Shown piece after piece: positions 36,556-46,578 of a stretch of 64,000 bases of DNA. Both the position numbers and the translations under genes were made by a program. The notes below the pieces were generated by a model, which had not been told where the DNA came from, made no database searches, and saw nothing but the letters and a program-made list of their open reading frames with translations. Source of the stretch: Alkalispirochaeta sp. (GTDB lineage: Bacteria; Spirochaetota; Spirochaetia; DSM-27196; Alkalispirochaetaceae); the NCBI GenBank assembly GCA_965601925.1, contig OZ271854.1, positions 3,104,001 to 3,168,000 of the forward strand. The letters run 5' to 3'. Every line of letters starts with the position of its first letter. Position 1 is the stretch's first letter.

Positions 36556-37406
36556 TTTATTGCTCCTGCGGTAATGCCTTTGATGAAGTACCGAGACATG
36601 AACATGTAGAGAATCAACATCGGAAGTATCGCTATCGAGAGCGCGGCAAAGACCAACGCCCAGTTGATCTGATACTGTCCGAAGAAGGTGCTGATACCCA
36701 CCGGCAGCGTCTTGAGGCGATCGGTGCGCACGAAGACGAGGGGAAAGAAAAAATCGTTCCAGATCGGGACCATGTTGTAAATCGTGACTAACGCGATCGA
36801 CGGCGCCGAAAGAGGTAGGGCGACGCGTCGATAGATTCCGAAATCGTTAGCTCCGTCGATGCGCGCCGCGTCCTCCAGATCCTGCGGTATGGTTCGCATG
36901 AAGCCGGCGAGAATGAACACCGTGGAGGGAATACCCATCGCGGCGAACACGAGAATCAGTGCCGCGTGGGAGTCCAGGAGTCCCATCCGCCGCACGATCA
37001 AAAAAAGGGGGATGACCGCCGCCTTGAGCGGTAGCATGATACCGGCGAGAAACAGCATGTAAATCGCCGTGTTGAGGCGATACCGGTAGCGCGCGATGCC
37101 GAACGACGCCATGGAACCGAAGAGCAGCACGCCGACCATGGCGATCACGGTCACGAACACGCTGTTTCGGATATAGCGACCGAAGCGTCCGTCTACCCAT
37201 ACGGTGCGGTAATTGTCGAGGACCCACTCTCGGGGTACGCCGAAGGGGTGTTGGAAGATCTCCCGTGTCGTTTTGAACGACGAGAGTACCATGTTCACGA
37301 GGGGGTAGAGCACCACGACCGCGTAGGCGATCATGACGATCTCGACGGTGAGATATACCGCGCGTTTGATCGGTGACGAGGTGGCCAGATCGATATCGAA
37401 GATCAC
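36552..37406 (-). CDS. Carbohydrate ABC permease
   Basis: DAARIDGA, WNDFFFPL, TLPVG, FIKG.TAGAIK. Confidence 0.92.
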   Translation of the reverse strand: MIFDIDLATSSPIKRAVYLTVEIVMIAYAVVVLYPLVNMVLSSFKTTREIFQHPFGVPREWVLDNYRTVWVDGRFGRYIRNSVFVTVIAMVGVLLFGSMASFGIARYRYRLNTAIYMLFLAGIMLPLKAAVIPLFLIVRRMGLLDSHAALILVFAAMGIPSTVFILAGFMRTIPQDLEDAARIDGANDFGIYRRVALPLSAPSIALVTIYNMVPIWNDFFFPLVFVRTDRLKTLPVGISTFFGQYQINWALVFAALSIAILPMLILYMFMSRYFIKGITAGAIK

Positions 37407-38371
37407 ATCTCCACCTCGCGTGTTCGGAGTCCCAGAATTGAGGCGAGCGAGAAGGCAAAGGTGAGCACGTAGATGAGGACACCGATCGACGAGCCGATGC
37501 CGATCTCGGGAATCCCCGTGTCCACGCTCCCGAATGCGGTGCGATAGAAGAGGGTGCCGATGGTGTCGGTGGAGAAGAACGGTCCCGCGGAGAGACCGGC
37601 CATCGTGAACACCTGCTCAAAGACGTTGAGGCTCCCGATCATCGTGAGAACGGTGATGATCGTGATCGCAGGAACGATCAGCGGGAGGACGACACGGAAG
37701 AACACCGTCGTCTCACGCGCCCCGTCGAGATATGCCGCTTCGATACACGCCTTCGGTACGTTGTTGATCGCCGCATAAAACACCAGCGTCGGAAATCCGA
37801 GCCAGCGCCACATGTTGACCGTGATAATCGCGTAGGTAGCCAACCCCGCCTCGCCCAGCCACGGTCGTGCCGCTCCTTCCGCGCCGACGGCGCGGAGAAG
37901 TTGATTGATCAGTCCGTAGTTGGGGTTAAGATACAGACGCCATAGAAAGCCCACCGCCACGATGGAAAAGAGCACGGGGATGAAGAAGATGCGCTGAAAG
38001 ATCTTGGAGCCGGGAATGCTTCGGCTCAAGAAATATCCAAATGCCAAACCGAGTAGGTTCTGCACCGCCATCGTGACCGCAAACCACCGCACGTTGTTGG
38101 CCAGGGCGTTCCACAGCCGTTCGTTATATGGAAACTCGAAGAAGATCGTGCGAAAGTTGGCCAAGCCGACAAATGCGCCCCGCTCAGTACTACGCCACTC
38201 AAATGCGCTGTTGAACAGTGAGAGAAACAACGGCGCGATAATGAATGTAAGTACGATCGCGAGCGCCGGCGTTACGAAAAAGGCGATCCAGAGATTTCGT
38301 TGGAGCGTTCTATGCGCCATATCGAGCCGTCGAGCGAACCGCGACGCGAACTCATCGACGTCGCGGCGCAC
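37403..38371 (-). CDS. Carbohydrate ABC permease (start 38371 or 38320)
   Basis: FVGLANF, W...G, EAAYLDGA EAA loop. Confidence 0.9.
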   Translation of the reverse strand: MRRDVDEFASRFARRLDMAHRTLQRNLWIAFFVTPALAIVLTFIIAPLFLSLFNSAFEWRSTERGAFVGLANFRTIFFEFPYNERLWNALANNVRWFAVTMAVQNLLGLAFGYFLSRSIPGSKIFQRIFFIPVLFSIVAVGFLWRLYLNPNYGLINQLLRAVGAEGAARPWLGEAGLATYAIITVNMWRWLGFPTLVFYAAINNVPKACIEAAYLDGARETTVFFRVVLPLIVPAITIITVLTMIGSLNVFEQVFTMAGLSAGPFFSTDTIGTLFYRTAFGSVDTGIPEIGIGSSIGVLIYVLTFAFSLASILGLRTREVEM

Positions 38372-38377
38372 CCAGTC

Positions 38378-39643
38378 TCAGTCTTGAAACGGCTCGAACC
38401 ACGTCGCGAGGCCGCGGTGCACATCCTCGGCGGCGTCGGCGGCGGTGATCTCTCCCGCGAACATCTCCTGCAGCGCCGATTGCAGTAAGGTCGAACCGGT
38501 CGGCTGTTCGTACCGGAATCCTACCAAATGAACATACGGCGTGGCGTGCTCGTTTAGGCGGATCAACTCTCCGAGAAACGGATCGTCGACGGACACGCCG
38601 GGAACGTCCGACTTCAACTTGAGGTTCTCAGCCAGAAATTGGCCCGCCTCGCGACTCATCAGAAACGATAGGAAGCGTGTAGCCGCCTCGGGATGTTCGG
38701 TCGTTGCCGAGGCGCCGAACGAACCGTCGACAAAACTCGATACGTATCGCGTTCCCCCTCGCTCCGCAGGCGGCCCGGCAAAGATGCCGATCTCGAGAGA
38801 CGGATTTTGCGACGCGAAGTAGGCGGCCTCCCAACTCCCGCCGATGAAGTGTCCGGCACCCTCGTTTATGAAGCTCGCCTGCATATCGACGTATCCGACA
38901 CCCATGTAACCGTCGGGCATGAACGGTATGAGCTCGTTGAGTACGTCGAGCGCAGCGACGTATCGGCGATCGGTGAAGTCGGTCTCGCCGGTGATCACGG
39001 CGTCAAAAAAATCGTCGGCGCCGTAGAAACTCGGCCCGATCACGCCGCTCATCACCTCAAGCGTCCACCCGTCGGCGGCACCGTTGGCCAGCGGCGTAAT
39101 ACCCGCCTCACGCATCGCCTCGAGGTTCACTATGAACTCGTCCCACGTCTCCGGCTCCGCGAGACCGAGCTCGTCGTACATCCGCGCATTATAGTAGATG
39201 ACCAGCGTCTGACTCGCAAACGGCACACCGTATACGCGTCCGTCGGCGATCGATGTCGCCCCGCGCCGCGTCCCGGCGGGAACATCTTCCAACGCCGAAA
39301 TCTCGCCGTCCAGCGGCATGAGATATCCGGGCTGGGCAAATTGCTCCAGGCCGCCGTAGGCCCGTAGATGGATGATATCGGGCCCTCCGCCCCCCTGGAG
39401 CGCCGCGGAAAGCACCGTGTTGTATTCCGTTTGTACGATCGGGTTGAAGGTGACGCGAATGTCGGGATTTTGCGTCTCGAATCGTTCAATCAGCGATTCA
39501 TACACCGCGACATCCTCGACCCGCCACGACCAAAACTCAAGAACCGTCGCATCGTCGGTTGTCTCTTCTCCCGATCCCGAGGGAAACACCGCGAAAACGA
39601 CCAATAACCCCAACACTAATACGCCGCCGAGACGATTTTTCAC
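38378..39643 (-). CDS. Carbohydrate ABC solute-binding protein
   Basis: Signal peptide, FWSWR, GPDI, YGVP, YYN..+..ELGL..PETWDE; AGGAGGAGG RBS. Confidence 0.92.
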   Translation of the reverse strand: MKNRLGGVLVLGLLVVFAVFPSGSGEETTDDATVLEFWSWRVEDVAVYESLIERFETQNPDIRVTFNPIVQTEYNTVLSAALQGGGGPDIIHLRAYGGLEQFAQPGYLMPLDGEISALEDVPAGTRRGATSIADGRVYGVPFASQTLVIYYNARMYDELGLAEPETWDEFIVNLEAMREAGITPLANGAADGWTLEVMSGVIGPSFYGADDFFDAVITGETDFTDRRYVAALDVLNELIPFMPDGYMGVGYVDMQASFINEGAGHFIGGSWEAAYFASQNPSLEIGIFAGPPAERGGTRYVSSFVDGSFGASATTEHPEAATRFLSFLMSREAGQFLAENLKLKSDVPGVSVDDPFLGELIRLNEHATPYVHLVGFRYEQPTGSTLLQSALQEMFAGEITAADAAEDVHRGLATWFEPFQD

Positions 39644-39809
39644 GCTTTCTCCTCCTCCTGACCGATAGTAGTAGAGTATATTGAGCGTATGGCCCGGGAT
39701 CGGACAATGTCAATCCCGCCCCGCTTCGACGACTTGCCTCGGTTCGTCGACCGAAATGTTGCCTCGTTCTTTGTGGAGAGGCGTCTCTTGCGTTACTATC
39801 TGACGGAAC

Positions 39810-41423
39810 ATGGACATTTTTCATCGACGAGCGGGTAAGCGTGACGAGCGACCGTGGGGCGGTTCCGGGTTCCGTCTCTACTTCGTCTCCGCCCTGCCGT
39901 TTGTCGCCGTCCTCGTGGCGGGCTCGCTCCTCTATCACTATCAGACGCGTCCGTTGATCCTCGACGAGTACGAGGGCGATATCGAAACCAATTTGGACCT
40001 CAAGTCTCTGTTTATCTCACGGTGGGTCGAGGAACGGGTTCTTTTAATAGGATACTTCGCGGGGCATCTCGCCGGTCACGTCGAAGACATGGCCGGCCTT
40101 ACCGAGGAGGTCATGCGATTTGCCGATGAGTTGCCGGATTTCACTGCGGCGGTCGTCGTCTCACCCGACGGGTACGTCCTCGTCGACTCGGCGGGGCCGG
40201 GCGGCGGCTACGTCGGCGACAGAGAGTATTTTCAAAGGGCGCTTGCCGGAACCATCAACGTCAGCGAGGTCATCGTCGGTCGTACGACCGGTCGCCAACT
40301 GATCGTCTTTGCCGCGCCGGTGTACCGCGACTCGAGCGACATATTCGGCGTCGTGTTCGCTCCCGTGAGTCTTACGACGCTCGAGGATGTGATCGTCGAG
40401 CTTTCCGCGACGAGGCCCATTCACGCCACCCTCGTCGATCGAAACGATGTCGTGATCGCCACTAGCTATCCGCGCTCTGAGCGTACCATGCTTCCGACAT
40501 ATCGCCCGGGATATGAGGAACCGACGGTCTTTACGAACGAGGCGGGTATCGAGGTCATCAGATCACGACGGCAAATCGACATCACCGAGTGGTCGCTTGT
40601 GGTGGAGTCGGACATCGAGGAGTTGGTACACGTCTTCAACCGCTATAACGCGGCGTTGGCCGTCACCGTCGTCGTCGCGACCGTCGTTATCGCCCTTCTT
40701 CTGGTGAGAATCAGACACTCGGTCGTCAGCATGATTCGCGTTCTGGATACGATGAGCCGCAATATCGGCGATGGCGACTATACGGCGGCGCGGGCACTGC
40801 GGTTGCCGTCGACCGCGCCCGGAGAGCTGCGGCGCCTCTATGCGACGATCCGCGACATGGCTTTGGCAGTCCATGCGCGCCACACTGAACTGCAGCATAT
40901 GTCGCTCACCGATCCGCTCACGTCTCTGGCAAATCGGCTCTATCTCGAGAGCGAAGGGACGCGAATCATCCAAATGTGCGCTCTTTCCAACCAGCCGTGC
41001 TCGGTTCTCGTCCTCGACATCGACCATTTCAAGTCGATAAACGATACGCTCGGGCACGACGCCGGCGATCGGGTGCTAATCGCTTTCTCGCGGACGCTCG
41101 CCCGCTCCTTTCGCGCCGGAGATTTTCTGGCGCGGTACGGCGGCGAGGAGTTCGTGGCGATACTTCCGCGTACGGGATGCGAGGAGGCCGTCGGCCTTGC
41201 CGAAAGGATTCGGATCGTCGTCGAGGAGGACGAACGGTTGGTTACACCGGCTATGCAGCGGGTAACGATCAGTATCGGCGTCGGCGAAGTCGTCTTTCCG
41301 GACGACGCCGTCGTGGAAGAGGCGAGTTGCCGCGCCCTCCTCGAGGCCGCCATTACATTTGCCGATCGTGAGCTTTACCGGGCCAAAGCCGGGGGGCGGA
41401 ATCGCGTTTCGGGGGTGTGTTGA
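39810..41423 (+). CDS. Cache-HAMP diguanylate cyclase
   Basis: Two TMs, DREYF..AL.G dCache motif, TDPLT.L.NR, RAGD I-site, GGEEF. Confidence 0.92.
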   Translation: MDIFHRRAGKRDERPWGGSGFRLYFVSALPFVAVLVAGSLLYHYQTRPLILDEYEGDIETNLDLKSLFISRWVEERVLLIGYFAGHLAGHVEDMAGLTEEVMRFADELPDFTAAVVVSPDGYVLVDSAGPGGGYVGDREYFQRALAGTINVSEVIVGRTTGRQLIVFAAPVYRDSSDIFGVVFAPVSLTTLEDVIVELSATRPIHATLVDRNDVVIATSYPRSERTMLPTYRPGYEEPTVFTNEAGIEVIRSRRQIDITEWSLVVESDIEELVHVFNRYNAALAVTVVVATVVIALLLVRIRHSVVSMIRVLDTMSRNIGDGDYTAARALRLPSTAPGELRRLYATIRDMALAVHARHTELQHMSLTDPLTSLANRLYLESEGTRIIQMCALSNQPCSVLVLDIDHFKSINDTLGHDAGDRVLIAFSRTLARSFRAGDFLARYGGEEFVAILPRTGCEEAVGLAERIRIVVEEDERLVTPAMQRVTISIGVGEVVFPDDAVVEEASCRALLEAAITFADRELYRAKAGGRNRVSGVC

Positions 41424-41580
41424 CAACGACGGATGTGGCGCTGGCCCTCAATTTCGCCGATCATGGTAGTTCTACGGGCCCATTGGTGGTTAATTTCGAT
41501 GTGCATACTACAATTATCGAAAGGGTCCGTAGCTCCCGCAAAAAAAGTTAGAGGGTATACGAATCGAGAATTTCAAGTAT

Positions 41581-44355
41581 TTGACGGACTTACTGACCAG
41601 CTTTGACGCAGCGGTCGTGTTTTGTCGACGCCGCTCCGACGGTGAGTTTCTCGTGGTCGACGTCAACGAGCTGGCGTGCGAGCACGAGGAAGTGGAACGA
41701 GAAGACGTAGTGGGCGCACCGGTGAAGGAGGCCTTCCCGGTATCCGGAATCTCGGGACTGCCGAGCATGATGCAGGAGGTGCTCGTCTCCGGGGCGGTGC
41801 GTGAGTTGAGCCCGCGCACGGTCGTCCATCGCGGCTTTCCGGAGCGTCGGCGGTACTGGGTATCGCCCGTCGACGGACGATCGGTGATGGTCGTCACTAC
41901 CCGCGACGGCGATGCACTGTTGGACCCCAGCGAGTCCTCACCGACCGGCGTACTGTTTCATTCGGTATTTAACTCGGTGTATGACGGCGTCTTCATTCAT
42001 CGTATCGACGGGTCGATCGTAACGGTCAATCGACGCGCCCTGGAACTCTTTCGCGTCTCTCGCTCCGAGGCGCTTTCGGCCTCGATGATCGACGATTTCT
42101 CAGACCCGGCGGCGCCGATCGAGCAGTTGCCCGATCTGTGGGAGTCGGTCGTCGACGGGAAATCGCAGTTCTTCTCGTGGAGCGCCCGGCGTCCCGGTGA
42201 CGGGTCGGTTTTCGACGTCGAGGTGTATCTTACGCGCCTCCCCCTTCCTCACGATGTGCTGATTCTGGCGACGATCCGTGACGTTTCGAGGGAGGTGTTT
42301 CTCGAACGCGAGCTGTTGAATTATCGGTCGCGTTTCGAGCAGATCGCACTGATATCGGCGGATTGGATCTGGGAGACCGATGCATGGGGGTCCTTTGTCT
42401 ACGCCTCAGAACGGGTGCTGAACTTTCTGGGATACACACCGGCGGAGCTTCTCGGACGCAGTCCGACCGAGTTTATGGAGCACGAAGCCGACAACGGCGG
42501 CGCGCCGACCATGGCCGAGGCGTTCGATCGCAGAGAGGCGATAACCGACGCCGAGGGTCGCTATTGTGCCAAGAACGGCACTCACGGGTACGTGTTGACG
42601 AACGCCGTCCCGCGTTATACCGAAGGCGGCGAGTTTCTCGGTTTTATCGGCATCGTCAAGGATATCACCTTCCAAAAGCAGCGTGAGAACGAGCTGCGTC
42701 TATATCAGAAAGTATTCGAGAACGCCGTCGAGGGGATCGTCATTACCGATCCGAACGGAACCATTCGCTCGGCAAATCCGGCGTTCACGAGGATTACCGG
42801 CTATCGGGAAGATGAGGTCCTCGGCAGGAATCCGCGGACTCTCAAATCGGACCGCCACGATTCGCAGTTTTACGCCGATATGTGGCGCGCCATCACCGAG
42901 GAGGGTGAGTGGACCGGGGAGGTCTGGAATCGTCGTAAATCCGGCGAGTCGTATCCCGAGCGGTTGAGCATCAGCGCCATTCGCAACTCCAACGTTATCG
43001 AGCATTTCGTCGGCGTCTTTCACGACATCTCGGAGATGAAAACGAAAGAGGAGCAGATCCGTCACCAGGCGCTCCACGATGCGCTCACGGGTCTACCAAA
43101 TCGGACGCTGCTTCTCGACCGCGCCGATGTCGCACTCCGACACGTTCGCCGCGGAGAGGGGTTGGTAACGATCTTGTTTCTCGATTTGGACAATTTCAAG
43201 AATATCAACGACAGCCTCGGCCATTCGGTCGGCGACGCGCTTCTGCAGGCGGTCGCGAATCGGGTGGAGCCGTTAATCCGCGAGACCGATACGCTGGCAC
43301 GCCTCGGCGGCGACGAGTTCGTCGTGCTCATGCTGTCCGAGACCGCGCATCGTAACACGATGAGGGTGACCGAGCGCATCCTTCAGGCGTTCAAGGAGCC
43401 GTTTGTCATCGGCGGACATGAGCTGTTTGTCACCGCGAGCATCGGTGTCGCCGAGTATCCGGCCGACGGGAAGGACTCCGAGACGCTGATCAAAAACGCC
43501 GACCTTGCGATGTACGAGGCCAAAGCGAGCGGTAAGAGCACCTACCATATGTTCACGACGCAGCTCCACGAGAGCGCTCGGGAGCGAATCGAGCTCGAAA
43601 ACGCGCTGCGTCGCGCTTTGGAGGGGCGGAGCATTACGGTCGCCTACCAGCCTAAGGTCGCCGCCGACGGCGGAGTTTGCGGGCTGGAGGCGTTGGCGCG
43701 GTGGGTGCTCGACGGAAGTCCGGTATCGCCGAGTCATTTCATTCGCGCCGCCGAGGACAGCGGGTTGATCACCGATCTCGACGCATTTGTGCTGGAGACG
43801 GCCTGTCGTGAGATATTGGCGATGGGCGAGGTCGCGAAGAGGCTGTCGCTTGCAGTAAACATTTCGGCACGCTCTCTCCATCAAAAAGACGCTGCAGCAC
43901 GCATTCTGCGCTCTCTGGAGGAGACCGGCTTCCCTCCTCGACGTTTCGAGGTCGAGATCACCGAGACGGCCGCCATGGGCAGGATCGAAACCGCCGCGAC
44001 GCAGTTGGCGAAGCTCTCCGATGCGGGGATCCGCGTCAGCATCGACGACTTCGGTACCGGGTATTCGTCGTTGGCGTATCTCAAGGAGCTCCCCATCGAT
44101 ACGCTCAAGATCGATCGATCTTTCGTACGAGACCTTCCCGGTAACCAAGACGATGTAGAGATCACCTCGACGATAATTGCTATGGCCAAGAATCTCTCGC
44201 TACGCGTCGTCGCCGAGGGCGTCGAGACGAAAGATCAGCTCGATTTTCTCATCGAACGGGGCTGCAATGAGTATCAGGGGTACTATTTCGCGAAGCCCAT
44301 GCCGGTCGGCGAGCTCGCCGCGTTTCTGAAGGGTGCCGGGGCGGTTCCCCGGTGA
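41581..44355 (+). CDS. Multi-PAS GGDEF-EAL protein
   Basis: 3-4 PAS domains, GGDEF intact, EALARW, DDFGTGYSSL, QGY.F.KP. Start codon (TTG) uncertain. Confidence 0.92.
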   Translation: MTDLLTSFDAAVVFCRRRSDGEFLVVDVNELACEHEEVEREDVVGAPVKEAFPVSGISGLPSMMQEVLVSGAVRELSPRTVVHRGFPERRRYWVSPVDGRSVMVVTTRDGDALLDPSESSPTGVLFHSVFNSVYDGVFIHRIDGSIVTVNRRALELFRVSRSEALSASMIDDFSDPAAPIEQLPDLWESVVDGKSQFFSWSARRPGDGSVFDVEVYLTRLPLPHDVLILATIRDVSREVFLERELLNYRSRFEQIALISADWIWETDAWGSFVYASERVLNFLGYTPAELLGRSPTEFMEHEADNGGAPTMAEAFDRREAITDAEGRYCAKNGTHGYVLTNAVPRYTEGGEFLGFIGIVKDITFQKQRENELRLYQKVFENAVEGIVITDPNGTIRSANPAFTRITGYREDEVLGRNPRTLKSDRHDSQFYADMWRAITEEGEWTGEVWNRRKSGESYPERLSISAIRNSNVIEHFVGVFHDISEMKTKEEQIRHQALHDALTGLPNRTLLLDRADVALRHVRRGEGLVTILFLDLDNFKNINDSLGHSVGDALLQAVANRVEPLIRETDTLARLGGDEFVVLMLSETAHRNTMRVTERILQAFKEPFVIGGHELFVTASIGVAEYPADGKDSETLIKNADLAMYEAKASGKSTYHMFTTQLHESARERIELENALRRALEGRSITVAYQPKVAADGGVCGLEALARWVLDGSPVSPSHFIRAAEDSGLITDLDAFVLETACREILAMGEVAKRLSLAVNISARSLHQKDAAARILRSLEETGFPPRRFEVEITETAAMGRIETAATQLAKLSDAGIRVSIDDFGTGYSSLAYLKELPIDTLKIDRSFVRDLPGNQDDVEITSTIIAMAKNLSLRVVAEGVETKDQLDFLIERGCNEYQGYYFAKPMPVGELAAFLKGAGAVPR

Positions 44356-44365
44356 GCCCGACGGC

Positions 44366-44650
44366 TCAGCCGACCTCCACGCCCTTCCAGAACGCCACGT
44401 ATCCCGCGATGTTACGCGCCGCTTCTTTCGGCTCGGGATAGTACCATGCTGCGTCTCGGTTCTCCTGACCCTTGACCGTCAGGTTCAGATATCTGGCGTC
44501 GCCCTTCCACGGACACGTCGAGGTCATCGAGCTGTCGGACAGAAATGTGCGTTGCACCGAGTCGGGCGGGAAATAATGGTTACCTTCAACGACGATAGTC
44601 TCGTCACTCTCGGCGATGACTTCGCCGTTCCATACCGCTTTCATGTACAC
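44366..44650 (-). CDS. DUF427 family protein
   Basis: WNG.VIAES...VEGNHYFP...CPWKG.A.Y...AAW.YP...VAFW. Confidence 0.9.
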   Translation of the reverse strand: MYMKAVWNGEVIAESDETIVVEGNHYFPPDSVQRTFLSDSSMTSTCPWKGDARYLNLTVKGQENRDAAWYYPEPKEAARNIAGYVAFWKGVEVG

Positions 44651-44665
44651 CTCCCAAACAGTGCA

Positions 44666-44697
44666 TCGGCGTCGCGCACCATCCGGTGCGACGCCGA
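44666..44697 (-). terminator. Hairpin downstream of the SDR gene
   Basis: TCGGCGTCGC(GC)ACC-ATCC-GGTGCGACGCCGA inverted repeat. Confidence 0.4.
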
Positions 44698-44718
44698 CGA
44701 TACTACAATGATACTCAT

Positions 44719-45489
44719 TTATACCGTCGCCTTGGTCGCGCCCGTCGAAATACCGCCGTCTACGAGGAGGATTTGTCCGGTCACGTACTCCGACTCCGGG
44801 GAGGCGAGAAAGACAACGGCGCCGTCCAGATCGCGGGGACGTCCCGGACGCTTAACGGGTATACGATCGTTGAGGTAGGCGAGCCATTCGGCGTTCTCAT
44901 AGAGAATCTTATTCTGCTCCGTCCGGAACCACCCCGGGGCCAAGGTATTGACCGTAACGCCGTGGGGTCCGAACTCATCGGCCAACGATCGTGTCATTTG
45001 GAGTACGCCGCCGCGACTCGCGCAGTACGGCGTGATTCCCGCATACCCAAATACCGATGTGACCGATCCGACGTTGATGATGCGTCCGTACCCCGCTTTC
45101 ACCATCGCAGGTGCGATCGCCTGGGTGACGAAGAAGGGGCCGCGCAGGTTGGTATCCAACACGGTGTTCCACTCCTCCCAGGTTATCTCCAGCGAGCTTT
45201 TCCGCACGTTACATCCCGCGTTGTTCACTAAGATGGAAGGTCGCACCGAGTCGCGCTCCAATGCCGAAGAGAATGAGGCGATACTCTCGCGAACGCGCAC
45301 GTCCAACTCATACGCGCGGCAACGACCGCCGATAGCTTCGATTCCGGCGATCGTCTGCGCGCATCGGGCTACGTCGCGCGCCGTAATTACAACATCCGCT
45401 CCCGCCTTGGCGAGTGCCGTCGCCATGTAGCTGCCGAGGCCGCGACTGCCGCCGGTCACTACGGCCGTGTTGCCCGTAAGATCGAACAT
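44719..45489 (-). CDS. SDR oxidoreductase (gluconate-5-dehydrogenase/KduD-like)
   Basis: TGGSRGLG, NNAG, Y..SR (YxxxK with K->R), APGWF.T, TGQ.L.VDGG. Confidence 0.88.
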   Translation of the reverse strand: MFDLTGNTAVVTGGSRGLGSYMATALAKAGADVVITARDVARCAQTIAGIEAIGGRCRAYELDVRVRESIASFSSALERDSVRPSILVNNAGCNVRKSSLEITWEEWNTVLDTNLRGPFFVTQAIAPAMVKAGYGRIINVGSVTSVFGYAGITPYCASRGGVLQMTRSLADEFGPHGVTVNTLAPGWFRTEQNKILYENAEWLAYLNDRIPVKRPGRPRDLDGAVVFLASPESEYVTGQILLVDGGISTGATKATV

Positions 45490-45490
45490 A

Positions 45491-46495
45491 TTATCCCTCC
45501 GGTTGCAGGACGACTTTGAGGAGCTCGCCCGGATCGCGGTGGAGCCTGTCGAAGTAGGATGCCGCCTCGGAAAGAGGCGCCGTGACGCTTAGAATGGGGG
45601 CTACATCGATCGCGCCGCGCGCCATGTAGTCGAGCGCGACCGTATACTCACCCGCGCTTGCGCACGAGCCGAGTACGCGCAGCTCCCGTGTGACAACCCG
45701 TTGAAGGGGGAGCTCGATCGACGGTGCGAGGTTCCCGACGAGGACGATCGTGCCCCCCTTTACGCAGCGATCTATCGCGGTCGAGACCGTCGACGACGAC
45801 CCTACCGCGTCGAAGACGACGTCGCTCTCGGCGATGGCTCGTCCCGGTTCGTGCACTTCGTCCCCACCGCAGCGCAGCGCCGTCTCGCGGCGAAAGGAGA
45901 GCGGATCCACGGCGCGTATCGTCCCCGCGCCGGTCGCCCGAAGCGCCTGGATTATGAGCAGTCCGATGACGCCGGAGCCGATCACGGTCGCCGAGGAGCC
46001 CGGGGAGAGCCGTGCAATGCGCACTGCATGGAGCGCTATCGCCGCCGGTTCCACCATCGCTGCGTGATCCCAGCTCACCCCGGGCGGGATCTCGTAGAGG
46101 ATGCGTGCCGGCACGGCGACGTACTCGGCCATAGCGCCGTCGCGGCGATATTCATCACAGGAGACTCCCAACACTTGTCGCGTAGCGCACAGGTTGACTC
46201 GGCCGGACTTGCAGTAGCGACACGCTCCGCAATACACGGTCGAATCGAAGGTTACGCGTCGAGAGAGCCACCTATCGTCCACGTCGGATCCGACCTGCAC
46301 GACCTCGCCGCTCGCTTCGTGTCCCATGACGATCGGCGGAATACGGCGCCCCGTGGCGCCCGTCATACCGTGGACGTCACTACCGCAAATTCCGACCGCC
46401 CGTATCCGCACGAGTACCTCGTCGTCGCGGAGCTCCGGGCGCGGACGATCGACGAGGGAGAACGAAAATGGAGCCGTATGAAGGAGCGCTTTCAT
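45491..46495 (-). CDS. Zn-dependent polyol dehydrogenase (galactitol-1-P/sorbitol DH-like)
   Basis: GICGSD, GHE, C..C..C..G..NLC, G.G.IG. Confidence 0.9.
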   Translation of the reverse strand: MKALLHTAPFSFSLVDRPRPELRDDEVLVRIRAVGICGSDVHGMTGATGRRIPPIVMGHEASGEVVQVGSDVDDRWLSRRVTFDSTVYCGACRYCKSGRVNLCATRQVLGVSCDEYRRDGAMAEYVAVPARILYEIPPGVSWDHAAMVEPAAIALHAVRIARLSPGSSATVIGSGVIGLLIIQALRATGAGTIRAVDPLSFRRETALRCGGDEVHEPGRAIAESDVVFDAVGSSSTVSTAIDRCVKGGTIVLVGNLAPSIELPLQRVVTRELRVLGSCASAGEYTVALDYMARGAIDVAPILSVTAPLSEAASYFDRLHRDPGELLKVVLQPEG

Positions 46496-46521
46496 GTATG
46501 CATTGATCATAGCACGGGGAC

Positions 46522-46558
46522 TTTGTCTTTGACAAATCTGATTTATCGGGTTTATCGT
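46522..46558 (+). promoter_or_regulatory. Divergent promoter with candidate operator repeats
   Basis: TTGACA(46529-34)-N18-TATCGT; inverted TTTGTC/GACAAA; tandem TTTATCG x2. Confidence 0.55.
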
Positions 46559-46578
46559 GAACGTTACAAGGAGGCTCT

